Positions 9,579 through 20,075 of a DNA stretch of 64,000 bases are shown piece by piece. The DNA is taken from positions 45,686 to 109,685 of the forward strand of contig JACAEN010000011.1 in NCBI GenBank assembly GCA_013388845.1. The letters run 5' to 3'. The notes under the pieces were generated by a model. The model made no database searches. It was not told the origin of the DNA and worked only from the letters and a program-made list of their open reading frames with translations. The DNA comes from Chloroflexota bacterium. GTDB taxonomy: Bacteria; Chloroflexota; Dehalococcoidia; GIF9; AB-539-J10. Each line of letters begins with the position of its first letter. The first letter of the stretch is position 1. The translations under genes were made by a program, and so were the position numbers.

Positions 9579-10259
9579 CTACGATTTGGTGCGGGCTTTT
9601 GTAATTCCTTTCTCGCCCATCACCTTCTTCCAGTCTTCTCTAAAACGCTCAATGCCGATATCTGTTAGGGGGTGTCGTATCATTTGTAGCAGCACTTCGT
9701 ATGGCACCGTGGCGATATGAGCCCCAACTTTAGCGGCCATAAAACAATGTTGAGGATGTCTGACGCTGGCAGCGATAACCTGAGTAGGTAGTTGATAGTA
9801 GTCTAGGTACTCCACAATGTCAGCCACCACTTTCATACCATCCTCGCCAATATCATCTAATCTGCCCACAAAAGGGCTGACGAAAGTAGCCCCGGCTGCT
9901 GCCCCCAGCACAGCCTGGTTCAAGGTGAAGCATAAGGTGAAATTCACCTTTATATTTTCACTAGCCAGCACTGAGGTAGCCTCCAATCCTTCAAGGCTAG
10001 CCGGTATCTTCACCACAACGTTCTCCGCCCACTTAGCTATTTCTCTGGCTTCAGCTACCATTGATTTGACATCCTGGCTCAACACTTCGGTGGATACCGG
10101 CCCAGGAACAATGGAACAAATTTTTTTGACTAGCTTCCGGTAGTCAACCTTGCCTTCTCGCGACACAATGCTGGGATTGGTGGTTACGCCTGTGACCACC
10201 CCAAGTCGCACCCCGTGGCGAATATGCTCTATGTTAGCAGTATCTAAAAATATTCTCAT
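9579..10259 (-). CDS. transaldolase / fructose-6-phosphate aldolase family
   Basis: FLDTA, GVTTNPS, VVVKIP, SPFVGR and AASVR motifs. Confidence 0.93.
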   Translation of the reverse strand: MRIFLDTANIEHIRHGVRLGVVTGVTTNPSIVSREGKVDYRKLVKKICSIVPGPVSTEVLSQDVKSMVAEAREIAKWAENVVVKIPASLEGLEATSVLASENIKVNFTLCFTLNQAVLGAAAGATFVSPFVGRLDDIGEDGMKVVADIVEYLDYYQLPTQVIAASVRHPQHCFMAAKVGAHIATVPYEVLLQMIRHPLTDIGIERFREDWKKVMGEKGITKARTKS

Positions 10260-10263
10260 CTTC

Positions 10264-11892
10264 CTAATTTAAAGGTAAGCTTGTCTGAGCACCTTCCACG
10301 AGCGTCTCCTTGGCTGCTCCAATAAATCCTAAGAATAACGGGTGGGGAGAATCGGGACGAGATTTGAACTCAGGATGGAATTGGCAGGCAAGCATCCAAG
10401 GGCGATCTCGTAATTCAGCAATTTCCACTAATCTACCATCTGGAGACAACCCAGAGGGCACAAGACCAGCTTCTTCCAATGGCTGGCGGAAATTATTATT
10501 GAATTCATAACGGTGGCGATGCCTCTCATAAACTACTTCGGTGCCGTAGGCACGCGCTGCTATCGTTCCGGGCACTAAATGGCAAGGATAGGTCCCGAGC
10601 CTCATGGTTCCTCCCTTCTGCTCTATGCCGCGCTGCTCGGGCAGCAGGTCAATCACAGGATAATCGCTGTTGGCATCAAACTCAGTGGAATTTACCTTTT
10701 CGCTGTGGAAAACCCAACGGCCAAATTCAATGACCATAATTTGCATCCCCAAGCATAAGCCAAAATAAGGGACTTCCCTCTCTCTAGCGAATTTGGCAGC
10801 TTTTATCATGCCTTCAATTCCTCGATAACCGAAGCCACCAGGGACAATTATGCCCTGAACTTGCCTAAGCTTGTCATCAGCCGCGCCATCCAATTGCTCT
10901 GAATCCAGCCACTCTATTTTCACTGCGCGATTGTGGGCTAATGCAGCGTGACACAACGCTTCGCGCACTGAGTAGTAAGCATCTCGGAGCCCTACGTATT
11001 TGCCTACCAATCCAATAATTACAGGCTCTTTAGGAGCTTTCAACCTAGCCACCATATCTCGCCATTCATCCAGATTGCTTTTCCCGGCCGTCAATCCCAA
11101 TCGGCGGACTATAAATTCCCCTAACCCGGCATCCTCAAGCAAGAGAGGCACCTCGTAGATGGTTTCGCTGGTAACCAGGGGAATAACTGCCTCCTTATCC
11201 ACGTCGCAGAATAGCGATATTTTATCCTTTATCCCTTCAGATATTTCCTTATCGCTGCGACACAGTATAACATCGGGTTGAATACCAATTCTCCTTAGCT
11301 CATTGACGCTATGCTGAGTGGGCTTGGTCTTTAGTTCATCAGTGGCAGCGATATGTGGCAAAAAGGTGACATGAATATATAGCACATTGTCCCTGCCTTC
11401 GTCCTTTCTCATCTGCCTTATAGCTTCAAGAAACGGTTGGCCTTCGATATCCCCCACGGTGCCACCAACTTCAATGATAATCACCTCAGCCTGAGATATT
11501 TCGGCTACTTTCCTTATCCGTCTTTTTATTTCATTGGTTACATGAGGCACCACCTGAATTGTGCCTCCTAAAAAATCTCCCCGTCTCTCCTGAGCGATGA
11601 CCGAAGAATAAACTTGTCCGGAAGTGACGTTAGAAGCCTGGGTCAGCTCCACTCCAATAAATCTCTCATAATGTCCTAAATCTAAATCAGTCTCGGCACC
11701 GTCTTGAGTAACAAACACTTCACCATGTTGGAACGGGGACATTGTCCCTGGGTCAACATTCAAGTAAGGATCCAGCTTCTGCACGGAGACAGAAATGCCA
11801 CGGCTTTTCAATATTTTGCCGATAGAGGCTACCGAAATTCCCTTACCTACAGAACTAACTACGCCGCCGGTAATAAAGATATACTTACTCAC
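10264..11892 (-). CDS. pyrG: CTP synthase
   Basis: [40 protein letters not shown] and QFHPEF motifs. Confidence 0.98.
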   Translation of the reverse strand: MSKYIFITGGVVSSVGKGISVASIGKILKSRGISVSVQKLDPYLNVDPGTMSPFQHGEVFVTQDGAETDLDLGHYERFIGVELTQASNVTSGQVYSSVIAQERRGDFLGGTIQVVPHVTNEIKRRIRKVAEISQAEVIIIEVGGTVGDIEGQPFLEAIRQMRKDEGRDNVLYIHVTFLPHIAATDELKTKPTQHSVNELRRIGIQPDVILCRSDKEISEGIKDKISLFCDVDKEAVIPLVTSETIYEVPLLLEDAGLGEFIVRRLGLTAGKSNLDEWRDMVARLKAPKEPVIIGLVGKYVGLRDAYYSVREALCHAALAHNRAVKIEWLDSEQLDGAADDKLRQVQGIIVPGGFGYRGIEGMIKAAKFAREREVPYFGLCLGMQIMVIEFGRWVFHSEKVNSTEFDANSDYPVIDLLPEQRGIEQKGGTMRLGTYPCHLVPGTIAARAYGTEVVYERHRHRYEFNNNFRQPLEEAGLVPSGLSPDGRLVEIAELRDRPWMLACQFHPEFKSRPDSPHPLFLGFIGAAKETLVEGAQTSLPLN

Positions 11893-12096
11893 CGCTTATT
11901 GCAAGAATACAAGGAAAGCCAAATCTTGTAGGTTGATCCTAGAAAGCGAAGCAAATCTGGGTTTCTTTTTATTATAAGGACTAGGATTCTAAATTGTCAA
12001 GTCTGTCTTGTTGGAATGATTTGGCCCACCCTGTCCTGAATTCAGGCACAGATTTTTGTGGAAAAGGTAGTAGTGCTATAATGGGCATGACAAAAC

Positions 12097-13188
12097 ATGT
12101 CTAAAAAATACATTCTGGTTCTAATAGTGCTAATAGTGGTGGGGCTAAGTATCGGTATTTGGGCCATTGCCCCGACATCCAGCCCGCCTCAGTCTGATAG
12201 CACAGCCCAGCACACTAATCCCGACTGGACATTCCCTTTGGAGAATGAGCCAGCTACTCCTTTGCCTGATTTCCGCCCGGTAGTTGCTGAGGTAATGCCC
12301 TCGGTGGTTTCCGTAACTACGGAGATTGTCGTCTCTGATTTCTTTGGCCGTCAGTATACGGATTATGTTAGTGGATCCGGGATGCTTATTGATGATAAAG
12401 GATACATTGCCACCAACAACCATGTAGTTGAAGATGCCCAGAGCATCTACGTGGAATTGGTTGATGGTAGAACTTTCTCCGCAGATATAGTGGGCACTGA
12501 CTCTTTGTCTGACCTGGCCGTCATAAAGATAGACGCCACAAATTTGCCTTATGCCTATTGGGGTGACTCGAGTTTGTTATCTGTTGGCGAATGGGTGCTC
12601 GCTATTGGCAATGCACTAGGAGAGGGAATAAGGGCGACTGAGGGTATAGTGAGTCGCTTGAATGTATCTGTGAATGTTGGAGGAAATGTTCTGTACGGTT
12701 TAGTTGAGACCACAGCGCCTATCAATCCCGGCAACAGCGGCGGCCCGCTGGTGAACATGTCTGGCGAGGTGGTAGGCATTACCAGTGTTAAGATAGTTGC
12801 GTCCGCGGTGGAAGGCATGGGGTATGCCATAAGCAGTAACGAGGCTAAGCCTATTATCGAGAGCCTGATTCGTTATGGTCGTGTGACCTATCCCTGGCTG
12901 GGGGTAGGAGTAGATACTGTGACTCCCTATGTAGCGAAGACAAGAGGCCTCTCTGTGGACAGGGGAGCGCTTATTGTGCAACTGGTTGCCAATAGCCCTG
13001 CAGAGGCTGCTGGATTAAAAGTTGACGATGTCATCATCCGCTTTGGGGGCCAGGAAATAAGCAACACTGCCGACCTTGTCCGAGCTATTCGAACCAGCCA
13101 AATTGGCGAAGAGGTGGAAATAGTCTTCGTTAGAGGCGAAGATACTAGGACAACTTCAGCCCGACTGATAGAGCGCCCGTCTTCTTAG
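12097..13188 (+). CDS. HtrA/DegP-like serine protease with one PDZ domain
   Basis: N-terminal TM; TNNHVV, DLAVIKI and INPGNSGGPL motifs; C-terminal PDZ. Confidence 0.93.
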   Translation: MSKKYILVLIVLIVVGLSIGIWAIAPTSSPPQSDSTAQHTNPDWTFPLENEPATPLPDFRPVVAEVMPSVVSVTTEIVVSDFFGRQYTDYVSGSGMLIDDKGYIATNNHVVEDAQSIYVELVDGRTFSADIVGTDSLSDLAVIKIDATNLPYAYWGDSSLLSVGEWVLAIGNALGEGIRATEGIVSRLNVSVNVGGNVLYGLVETTAPINPGNSGGPLVNMSGEVVGITSVKIVASAVEGMGYAISSNEAKPIIESLIRYGRVTYPWLGVGVDTVTPYVAKTRGLSVDRGALIVQLVANSPAEAAGLKVDDVIIRFGGQEISNTADLVRAIRTSQIGEEVEIVFVRGEDTRTTSARLIERPSS

Positions 13189-13193
13189 GGAGG

Positions 13194-13328
13194 ACAAATC
13201 CTAAATCCTAGGCTCTAAATCCCAAACAAATTCAAATTTCGAGTGCCCTAAGTTAAAAACCGTTTTGGTCATTCGGCTTTTGAGTTTTGACACTGTTTAA
13301 TGTTTCGTATCTAGTGCTTAGGATTTGT
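13194..13328. repeat. 135-bp low-complexity inverted-repeat element overlapping the ileS stop
   Basis: Perfect 11-bp terminal IR ACAAATCCTAA/TTAGGATTTGT; A/C-rich left arm and T/G-rich right arm with ~7-nt periodicity. Confidence 0.65.
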
Positions 13329-16300
13329 TTTTTTGATTGCTAAAGAGACCTCGCTATTGGAGATATGGTGTTTCTCATCATAAGCGCCTTCAGGAGGCAA
13401 ACCATCAATAAGCTCTTGAGATAAAGTTTCTTGTTTAATGTAGTCGGCAAAAGTGTTTATTACTTGTTTGACGAATGGTTCCTCCGTCTGGTAGTAAGTT
13501 ATGATGTGGTCTGTGATATCAAACTGGGCATTGCGACGCATGTTTTGGAGGTGACGCACAAGCTCTCTACTGACTCCCTCGGCAAGTAGCTCGGGAGTCA
13601 GTTCGGTGCTTATGGCTACCCAGTATCTCGCATCATTGGCTACGCTGTAATCTGGCATATTTGAGGGGAATTCCTCTCGTTCCTTCGCTCTGCTCCACAC
13701 GACGAGTTGCTTGACATTTATCTCTTCCATTACCTCGCTGGCCAAGCTCTCTAAAGCCTTCTTCTCTCCTTCAGTCTCCACCCTGACTATAGCTTTGCCC
13801 AATGGTTGCCGCACTTTGATTCCAGCCCTGGCTCGTGCTGCTCGGCCCAAACTGGATATCTTCATGGCTAGCTCAACATCGCTGTTTAGCTTGTCATCAA
13901 TCTTGCTTTCATCTGCGGTGGGGAAATCAGTTAGATGAACGCTTTCTCTAGCCTGAGAATCGACAGAACGCACCAAATTCTGATAAAGCTCTTCGGCGAT
14001 GAATGGCACAAAAGGAGCTAACAGGTGAGACAGAGTCACTAGGCACTGGTATAGCGTGGTATAGGCGGCTAATTTATCAGCATCATTCTCGCTTTTCCAG
14101 AACCGGCGACGGTTTCTCCTTACATACCAGTTGGAGAGATTATCCACAAATTCCTCAATTCTGCGTGCCGCAGCGGTAGGATTGTAGCTATCCATCAATT
14201 TGGAAACCTCGTTTACGAGCCGGTTAAGCTCAGAAATAATCCAATTATCCAGCTTCGTGAAAGCTTTCGGCTGACCGCTGGCAGCTGTCAACGGCTGAGG
14301 AACAAAACGGTCGATATTGGCATAGAGGGTAAAAAAAGAATATGTATTCCACAAAGTAAGGAAGAATTTGCGTATTGTCTCTTCGAGTATCTTGGTGGAG
14401 AAGCGGTGGTTATCTTCTCCCGGAGTGGAAACCAGCATATACCACCTGAGAGCGTCGGCACCATAATTATTAATTACAGCCCAGGGGTCAATTACATTGT
14501 CCTTGGATTTGCTCATTTTCTCACCCTGAGCATCGACAACATGCCCTAAGCAGATGACATTCCTAAAGCAAGGACGATTGAAAAGTAGAGTAGATATGGC
14601 GTGTAAGCTGTAAAACCAGCCCCTAGTCTGGTCCACTGCCTCGCAAATAAAATCGGCAGGAAAATTCTGCTTAAATTTATCTTTATTCTCGAAGGGATAA
14701 TGCCACTGAGCTACAGGCATAGCTCCAGAGTCAAACCAACAATCGATTACCTCGGGGACGCGCTGCATTATGTCGCCACAATGAGGGCAAAGGAGAAGGA
14801 CCTCGTCAACAGAAGGGCGGTGAAGATCTCCAAGATCTTTGGGATTTCTAATTGGTCTCCCTAGAAGAATTTCCTCCGCTAATTTCTCTGGTTTTGCTTG
14901 CCTTAATCTCTCAAACCCTTCGCACAGCTCTTTTACGCTTCCAATGCATTCATCGTGACCACAGCTCTGACATCTCCAAATATTGAAGGGAGTTCCCCAA
15001 TACCTCTCCCGGGAAAAAGCCCAATCAACATTATTCTCCAGCCAATCGCCAAAACGACCATGCTTAATGTAATCAGGGTACCAGTTGATTTCGTTATTGC
15101 CCGAGATAAGCCTTTCTTTTACCGCCGTTGTTTTGATATACCAAGCTGGCTTGGCATAATAGAGGAGGGGTGCGTCACATCGCCAGCAAAAAGGATAGGT
15201 ATGAATAATCTTTTCACTGCGATAGAGTAAACCACGCGATTGAAGGTCATCGAGAATAAAAGGGTCAGCATCCTTAACAAACTTACTAGCAAAGGGATAG
15301 GTACCAGTAACCTTGCCCTCCAAATCCACAGGTTGAACGAAATCAAGCCCACTACTCATCCCGATGTCAAAGTCAATTTCTCCAAAGGCTGGAGCAATAT
15401 GAACCACTCCAGTGCCCTCCTCTAAAGAGACGAAGTCAGCGCCGATCACAGGGTAAGCTAAATCCTTCTTCATCTGTTTCGCACGCAACGTTGGTAACTC
15501 CAGACGCTGAACAGCAAATCTGTGAGGATTAAACAAAGGCTCATATTCAAGATGCACAAGCTCCTCACCCAAAACAACTCCTGCTTGAGTGTATTCATCA
15601 AGCCCAACCCTATCCACAAGTGTCCTAGCTAGGACGAGATAATCCTGGTCACCTTCCATCACACTATATTCAGCATGAGGAGCAACCGCCAGGGCCGTAT
15701 TGCCTGGGAGTGTCCATGGTGTTGTGGTCCAGGCCAGCAAAAATACCGGTTTACTTGATGTACGAGAGGGCGAGAGAAGAGAGTGGAGTCCTGTTTTCTT
15801 CTCAAGCGAACGAGGGTCGAGTCTGAACTTTATATAAACCGACGGGTCTTCAGCGTCGTCTCGGTACCCCAAAGCCACTTCGTGAGAGCTGAGGGATGTG
15901 CCACATCTAGGGCAATGTGGGGTTACTTTATAGCCCTGATAGATTAAGCCCCTGTCCCAGAGCTGTTTTATTATCCACCAGCAGGATTCAATATAGTTGT
16001 TGTCCAAGGTTATATAAGGATGCTCCATGTCTAACCAGCAGCCAAGGCGCTCAGTCATAGCCTCCCATTCCTTGATGTATTTGAAGACGCTTTGGCGACA
16101 ATGCTCATTGAATCGAGCCACTCCATATTCCTCGATTTGAGCCTTGCTGGTAAGGGCAAGCGAGCTTTCCACCTCTAACTCAACGGGTAAGCCATGGGTA
16201 TCCCACCCTGCTTTTCGTGGCACGTGATAACCTTTCATTGTCTTGTACCGGCAAACAACGTCCTTATATAGACGAGACAGCACATGGTGGACTCCCGGAC

Positions 16301-16457
16301 TACCGTTGGTCGTAGGTGGGCCTTCATAAAAGGCATAATGTGCCGCGCCTTCCCTTGTCTCGATGCTCTTATCAAAAATTCCGTGCTCTTTCCAGAAGCG
16401 AAGGATATCTTCTTCCAGTTGAATAAAGTTGGTCTTACTACTAACTTCTCGGAACAT
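13311..16457 (-). CDS. ileS: isoleucine--tRNA ligase, type 2
   Basis: YEGPP, GWDTHGLPVE, WTTTPWTLP, SRERYWGTP, DQTRGWF and KMSKS motifs; long type-2 C-terminus. Confidence 0.97.
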   Translation of the reverse strand: MFREVSSKTNFIQLEEDILRFWKEHGIFDKSIETREGAAHYAFYEGPPTTNGSPGVHHVLSRLYKDVVCRYKTMKGYHVPRKAGWDTHGLPVELEVESSLALTSKAQIEEYGVARFNEHCRQSVFKYIKEWEAMTERLGCWLDMEHPYITLDNNYIESCWWIIKQLWDRGLIYQGYKVTPHCPRCGTSLSSHEVALGYRDDAEDPSVYIKFRLDPRSLEKKTGLHSLLSPSRTSSKPVFLLAWTTTPWTLPGNTALAVAPHAEYSVMEGDQDYLVLARTLVDRVGLDEYTQAGVVLGEELVHLEYEPLFNPHRFAVQRLELPTLRAKQMKKDLAYPVIGADFVSLEEGTGVVHIAPAFGEIDFDIGMSSGLDFVQPVDLEGKVTGTYPFASKFVKDADPFILDDLQSRGLLYRSEKIIHTYPFCWRCDAPLLYYAKPAWYIKTTAVKERLISGNNEINWYPDYIKHGRFGDWLENNVDWAFSRERYWGTPFNIWRCQSCGHDECIGSVKELCEGFERLRQAKPEKLAEEILLGRPIRNPKDLGDLHRPSVDEVLLLCPHCGDIMQRVPEVIDCWFDSGAMPVAQWHYPFENKDKFKQNFPADFICEAVDQTRGWFYSLHAISTLLFNRPCFRNVICLGHVVDAQGEKMSKSKDNVIDPWAVINNYGADALRWYMLVSTPGEDNHRFSTKILEETIRKFFLTLWNTYSFFTLYANIDRFVPQPLTAASGQPKAFTKLDNWIISELNRLVNEVSKLMDSYNPTAAARRIEEFVDNLSNWYVRRNRRRFWKSENDADKLAAYTTLYQCLVTLSHLLAPFVPFIAEELYQNLVRSVDSQARESVHLTDFPTADESKIDDKLNSDVELAMKISSLGRAARARAGIKVRQPLGKAIVRVETEGEKKALESLASEVMEEINVKQLVVWSRAKEREEFPSNMPDYSVANDARYWVAISTELTPELLAEGVSRELVRHLQNMRRNAQFDITDHIITYYQTEEPFVKQVINTFADYIKQETLSQELIDGLPPEGAYDEKHHISNSEVSLAIKKTNPKH

Positions 16458-16459
16458 GG

Positions 16460-17092
16460 CTAGCCCTGTCTCGGTAAAATAACCACCTTTCTATTCTCGC
16501 CCTCGCCTATGCTCTGAGTTGTCACATCGGGATTGTCAGCCAGAGTTAAATGAATAATACGGCGTTCGTCGGCAGGCATTGGCTCCATAGTTATGGCACT
16601 GCGTTTTGATTTCACCTGCTCAGCCAGATATAAGGCTAGTTTTTGCAGGGAATCATAGCGACGTTTTTTATACCCGGCAACATCGACGTTTAACGGCAGC
16701 CAGGTCTTTAACTGTCCAGCCACTATTAGTTTTGTGACATACTCCAGGGCAACCAAGGTTTGACCTCGCCGACCAATCAAGATACCTAAGTCGTCGCCTT
16801 TGATATCCAAAGCTAAAGGTATCTCATCAGATAGCACTTCAACCTTGCCCGCCACTCCTAGCAATCTGAGCAAAGTATCTAGAATTTCTGTCACTACCTG
16901 AACCACGTCTCTTTCCGGTGGAGTTATTGGAGTTACCCTGATTAAAGCTCCCTTGCCTCCTACTCCCAAAATTCCCGGCTTTCCCTCTCTAATAACCTCC
17001 ACCTTGAATTGGTCTCGGCTCAACCCTAGCTGGGCCTCTGCTTTCTCTATCGCCTGTTCTACTGTTGCAGCTGTTATCTCAATGCTTTCCAT
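16460..17092 (-). CDS. jag: RNA-binding protein Jag/EloR (KH-R3H)
   Basis: Jag_N domain, LIGRRGQTL (KH) and ERRIIH (R3H). Confidence 0.93.
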   Translation of the reverse strand: MESIEITAATVEQAIEKAEAQLGLSRDQFKVEVIREGKPGILGVGGKGALIRVTPITPPERDVVQVVTEILDTLLRLLGVAGKVEVLSDEIPLALDIKGDDLGILIGRRGQTLVALEYVTKLIVAGQLKTWLPLNVDVAGYKKRRYDSLQKLALYLAEQVKSKRSAITMEPMPADERRIIHLTLADNPDVTTQSIGEGENRKVVILPRQG

Positions 17093-17141
17093 AGTACGCT
17101 TTCCTTTTAGTGATTTGCTTTATTGTCAGCGCAGTGTGCAA

Positions 17142-17918
17142 TCACCTCTGTTCTGTAATGCTAGTTTGCTTTCCCTTCGCTGGTTTTGATGGAAATGGGG
17201 AACGGAATTTAAGGTATCCCCAGCTGCCAGTAGCGAAATATTGGGTGATAATACCAATTATATTGGAAACAGCCCAGTAAATAGCCAAGCCACTGGGAAA
17301 CATCAAGGTAAGGAAGCCAAACATGAGGGGCATCATCAGCGTCATTATCCTGTTTGTGGATTCTTGCCTGGGGTCAACTGCTGGCGCTTGGCTCATCTTC
17401 TGCTGTATCCATGTTGTGCCACCGACTATGATAGCTAAAATCCAATATGGGTCAGGTTGTCCTAAATCAAGCCACAAAAACTTGCTGCTCAACGGAATCA
17501 CTTGATTCACTATGTCCCAGGAGTAAAGACGATGAGATAAATCAAGTAAGTTCTCGGGCGTGGTGGCTAGAGCTCTCATGATGGCTTGATAGAGGGCAAT
17601 CCAGATGGGGAACTGAATCAACATAGGCCATAAGCAGCCCAAAGGATTTACTCCGGCTTCCTTGTAAAGTTTCATCATTTCTTGCTGGAGCTTTTGCTGA
17701 TTCTTACCATATTTTTTCTGCAATTCTTGAATCTTCGGTTGCATATCCTGCAAAGCTTTAGTGGACTTGAGTTGTCGGTTATTGAGAGGCCAGGTGATTA
17801 GACGAACGATAATTGTGAGGGCGATGATGGCTAAGCCAAACTGACCGAACAAAAAGTGGCTTAGGGCAATCAGTACATTAAGTACCGGGTTAGCTATGAT
17901 AAAGTCCCAAGGATTCAT
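17142..17918 (-). CDS. yidC: membrane protein insertase YidC/Oxa1
   Basis: LTIIVR, LQKKY, GVNPLGCLWPMLIQFPI, FLWLDL and PSGLAIYW motifs. Confidence 0.95.
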   Translation of the reverse strand: MNPWDFIIANPVLNVLIALSHFLFGQFGLAIIALTIIVRLITWPLNNRQLKSTKALQDMQPKIQELQKKYGKNQQKLQQEMMKLYKEAGVNPLGCLWPMLIQFPIWIALYQAIMRALATTPENLLDLSHRLYSWDIVNQVIPLSSKFLWLDLGQPDPYWILAIIVGGTTWIQQKMSQAPAVDPRQESTNRIMTLMMPLMFGFLTLMFPSGLAIYWAVSNIIGIITQYFATGSWGYLKFRSPFPSKPAKGKQTSITEQR

Positions 17919-17930
17919 TGAGCGCGGCCC

Positions 17931-19043
17931 TCATTCTTCTTCAGTCAACGGGATTGGCTGACTTACCTCCCTCTTTTCAATATCCACAACATACAACTGG
18001 TTATCTTCACCTCGAATGTAAACCAGACCCTCGCGAGCACAAAGAGGCGTCCTTATTTGAGTATTGATGGTCGGTTTGTCGGCATTGTCTGGATTCTTAA
18101 TTCGCTCGCCATCACCGGTCTCAGAATTAATGATATACACATTGCCTGCCTCATTAGCTACTATTAGCAGATTGCCAATCAAAACAGGTGAGGAAACTAT
18201 AGGTTTTCCAGTGTCGAATTCCCACAATTTTTCTCCTGTTTTTGCTTCAATAGCATAAAGCTTGCCATCAAGACAGCCAGCATAAACAATGCCTTCATTA
18301 ACTACAGGAGGCGCCCAGAACCAATTGCCGGCTGGCTTTTCCTGGGGAAATTTCCATACTGGCACATCACTACCTATCTTTATGGCATAAAGACAGCGAT
18401 CGAATGAACCCACAAATATAGTATCTCCGTAAATCACTGGTGAAGAAGCAAAGCCTGCCTGTGATTTAAAAGACCAGTCTAATAACTCTCCCGTTTCCAT
18501 TGATAAAGCATAGATATGACCGTCGAAAGTGCTGACATAAAGAGTATCACCCATAACCGTGGGGCTTGTCCACAGCTTGACAGCCAAGGGCTCAGATTTC
18601 CACTTAAGGTCACCATAAGTTGTATCCAAAGCATAAACCATGCCATCCGAGTTGCTAATATAGATAGTGTCATTAGCTATAACCGGGCTACCTACAATAG
18701 CTCCTATCGAACCTGTTCTGGGGTAAACCCACCTCTCGATGCCCCGGGCTATGGCCAGGGCATATACCCGGCCACTATAAGTGCCAACGTAAACTAATTC
18801 ACCATCCACTATCGGCGTGGTATATATAGCAGCAGGAGGGTCGATAGGATAAGACCAATTCTGGCCTCCGGTCGATGAGTTTATCGCCACCACCCTGCCA
18901 TCTCTGGTGCCCACATAAATGATGCCGTCATGAACTGCAGGCCCCGACCATCCCCCTTTGGGCTGAGCCGTGCCAGAACAGGAAACCAAGATCAAGGGCA
19001 AAAGGGCAATTACAACGAGGAATAATATCTTTGGTTGTTTCAT
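17931..19043 (-). CDS. PQQ-like beta-propeller repeat lipoprotein (BamB-like repeats)
   Basis: Lipobox LILVSC; repeated SP-V-x-DG-x-YV-G...DG-x-YAL...G...W blades; start more likely ATG 19043 than 19073. Confidence 0.85.
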   Translation of the reverse strand: MKQPKILFLVVIALLPLILVSCSGTAQPKGGWSGPAVHDGIIYVGTRDGRVVAINSSTGGQNWSYPIDPPAAIYTTPIVDGELVYVGTYSGRVYALAIARGIERWVYPRTGSIGAIVGSPVIANDTIYISNSDGMVYALDTTYGDLKWKSEPLAVKLWTSPTVMGDTLYVSTFDGHIYALSMETGELLDWSFKSQAGFASSPVIYGDTIFVGSFDRCLYAIKIGSDVPVWKFPQEKPAGNWFWAPPVVNEGIVYAGCLDGKLYAIEAKTGEKLWEFDTGKPIVSSPVLIGNLLIVANEAGNVYIINSETGDGERIKNPDNADKPTINTQIRTPLCAREGLVYIRGEDNQLYVVDIEKREVSQPIPLTEEE

Positions 19044-19050
19044 TCCATAA

Positions 19051-19260
19051 CTAAGGCACTGGGTCGTAGCCACCTTCAGAGAATGGATTACAGCGAACTA
19101 TCCTCTTGGCTGCCAGCCAGCTACCTCGGAGAAATCCATATTTTTTAATTGCCTCAAGCGCATACTGAGAACATGTGGGCTGGAAACGGCAGACACTAGG
19201 GAGACCCTTCGAAAGTGTGTTCTGGTACCATCTAATCAACCACAGAGCTAATTGAGTCAT
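19051..19260 (-). CDS. yidD: membrane protein insertion efficiency factor
   Basis: [10 protein letters not shown]...RCNPF..GGYDPVP. Confidence 0.95.
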   Translation of the reverse strand: MTQLALWLIRWYQNTLSKGLPSVCRFQPTCSQYALEAIKKYGFLRGSWLAAKRIVRCNPFSEGGYDPVP

Positions 19261-19595
19261 TCGTTGCTCTCCAATAATTGTGCCCGAGTCAAAAGCTTAG
19301 TCACGGCCCTCTCGAGTTGATGATAGTCTGTGTTGACTGCTGCAGACCGAGCAATGAGGATAATATCCCATCCCGGTTTTAGCGATTGCAACCTCATTAT
19401 TTCCCTGAGTAACCTCTTCAAGTGATTACGCTGCACCGCCTTACCTACTTTTTTGGTCACAGAAAAACCGTATCGGCTTAGACTTAAACCATTGGGCATT
19501 GCCTTCATCACTAGCAAGCTATTTGCCCACGCTTTGCCTTGTCGGTAAACCAAAGTATATTGTGCTCTATTAGTTAAAAATCGAGGCTCCTTCAC
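19257..19595 (-). CDS. rnpA: ribonuclease P protein component
   Basis: [25 protein letters not shown]. Confidence 0.95.
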   Translation of the reverse strand: MKEPRFLTNRAQYTLVYRQGKAWANSLLVMKAMPNGLSLSRYGFSVTKKVGKAVQRNHLKRLLREIMRLQSLKPGWDIILIARSAAVNTDYHQLERAVTKLLTRAQLLESNE

Positions 19596-19604
19596 TGGAT
19601 GGAA

Positions 19605-19745
19605 TTAAACTGGAGTTAGCCTATGCCTCCCCTTAAGGCGCCTGGCTTTAAGCACTCGTCTACCAGCGCGAGTGGCCATCCTGGCGCGGAAACCTAAACT
19701 GCGCCTCCGGGGAATGTTCTTTGGTTGGTAAGTCCGCTTTGGCAT
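19605..19745 (-). CDS. rpmH: 50S ribosomal protein L34
   Basis: Below the ORF-track cutoff; manual translation [46 protein letters not shown]. Confidence 0.97.
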   Translation of the reverse strand: MPKRTYQPKNIPRRRSLGFRARMATRAGRRVLKARRLKGRHRLTPV

Positions 19746-19748
19746 TTT

Positions 19749-20057
19749 TCAGACTGTCGAACGGGATAGGCCGACGCCTCCTGTTTTCCAAATATGGGTT
19801 GGTGCGTAAGGCAGCATAGCCAGATAACGAGCTCTCTTTATAGCTTGTGCCAAGCTTCTTCGATGTTTAGCGCAGGTTTTGCTCCTCCGTCGTGACACTA
19901 TCTTGCCCTGACCGGAAATATAGCGAGACAACAGAGAAACATCTTTATAGTCGATTTCCATACTTCCTTTGCAGAAGGGACAAACTGCGGGCTTAGTGAC
20001 AAAGTTTCTCGTAGGTCTTACCCTTCCGGTATTAGCTGCTCTTCCAGTATTAGTCAA
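19749..20057 (-). CDS. rpsR: 30S ribosomal protein S18 (Zn-binding C+ form)
   Basis: CPFC...IDYKD...GKI...CAKH...AIKRARYLAMLPY. Confidence 0.93.
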   Translation of the reverse strand: MTNTGRAANTGRVRPTRNFVTKPAVCPFCKGSMEIDYKDVSLLSRYISGQGKIVSRRRSKTCAKHRRSLAQAIKRARYLAMLPYAPTHIWKTGGVGLSRSTV

Positions 20058-20075
20058 ATCTTCCTCTCCTCTATT

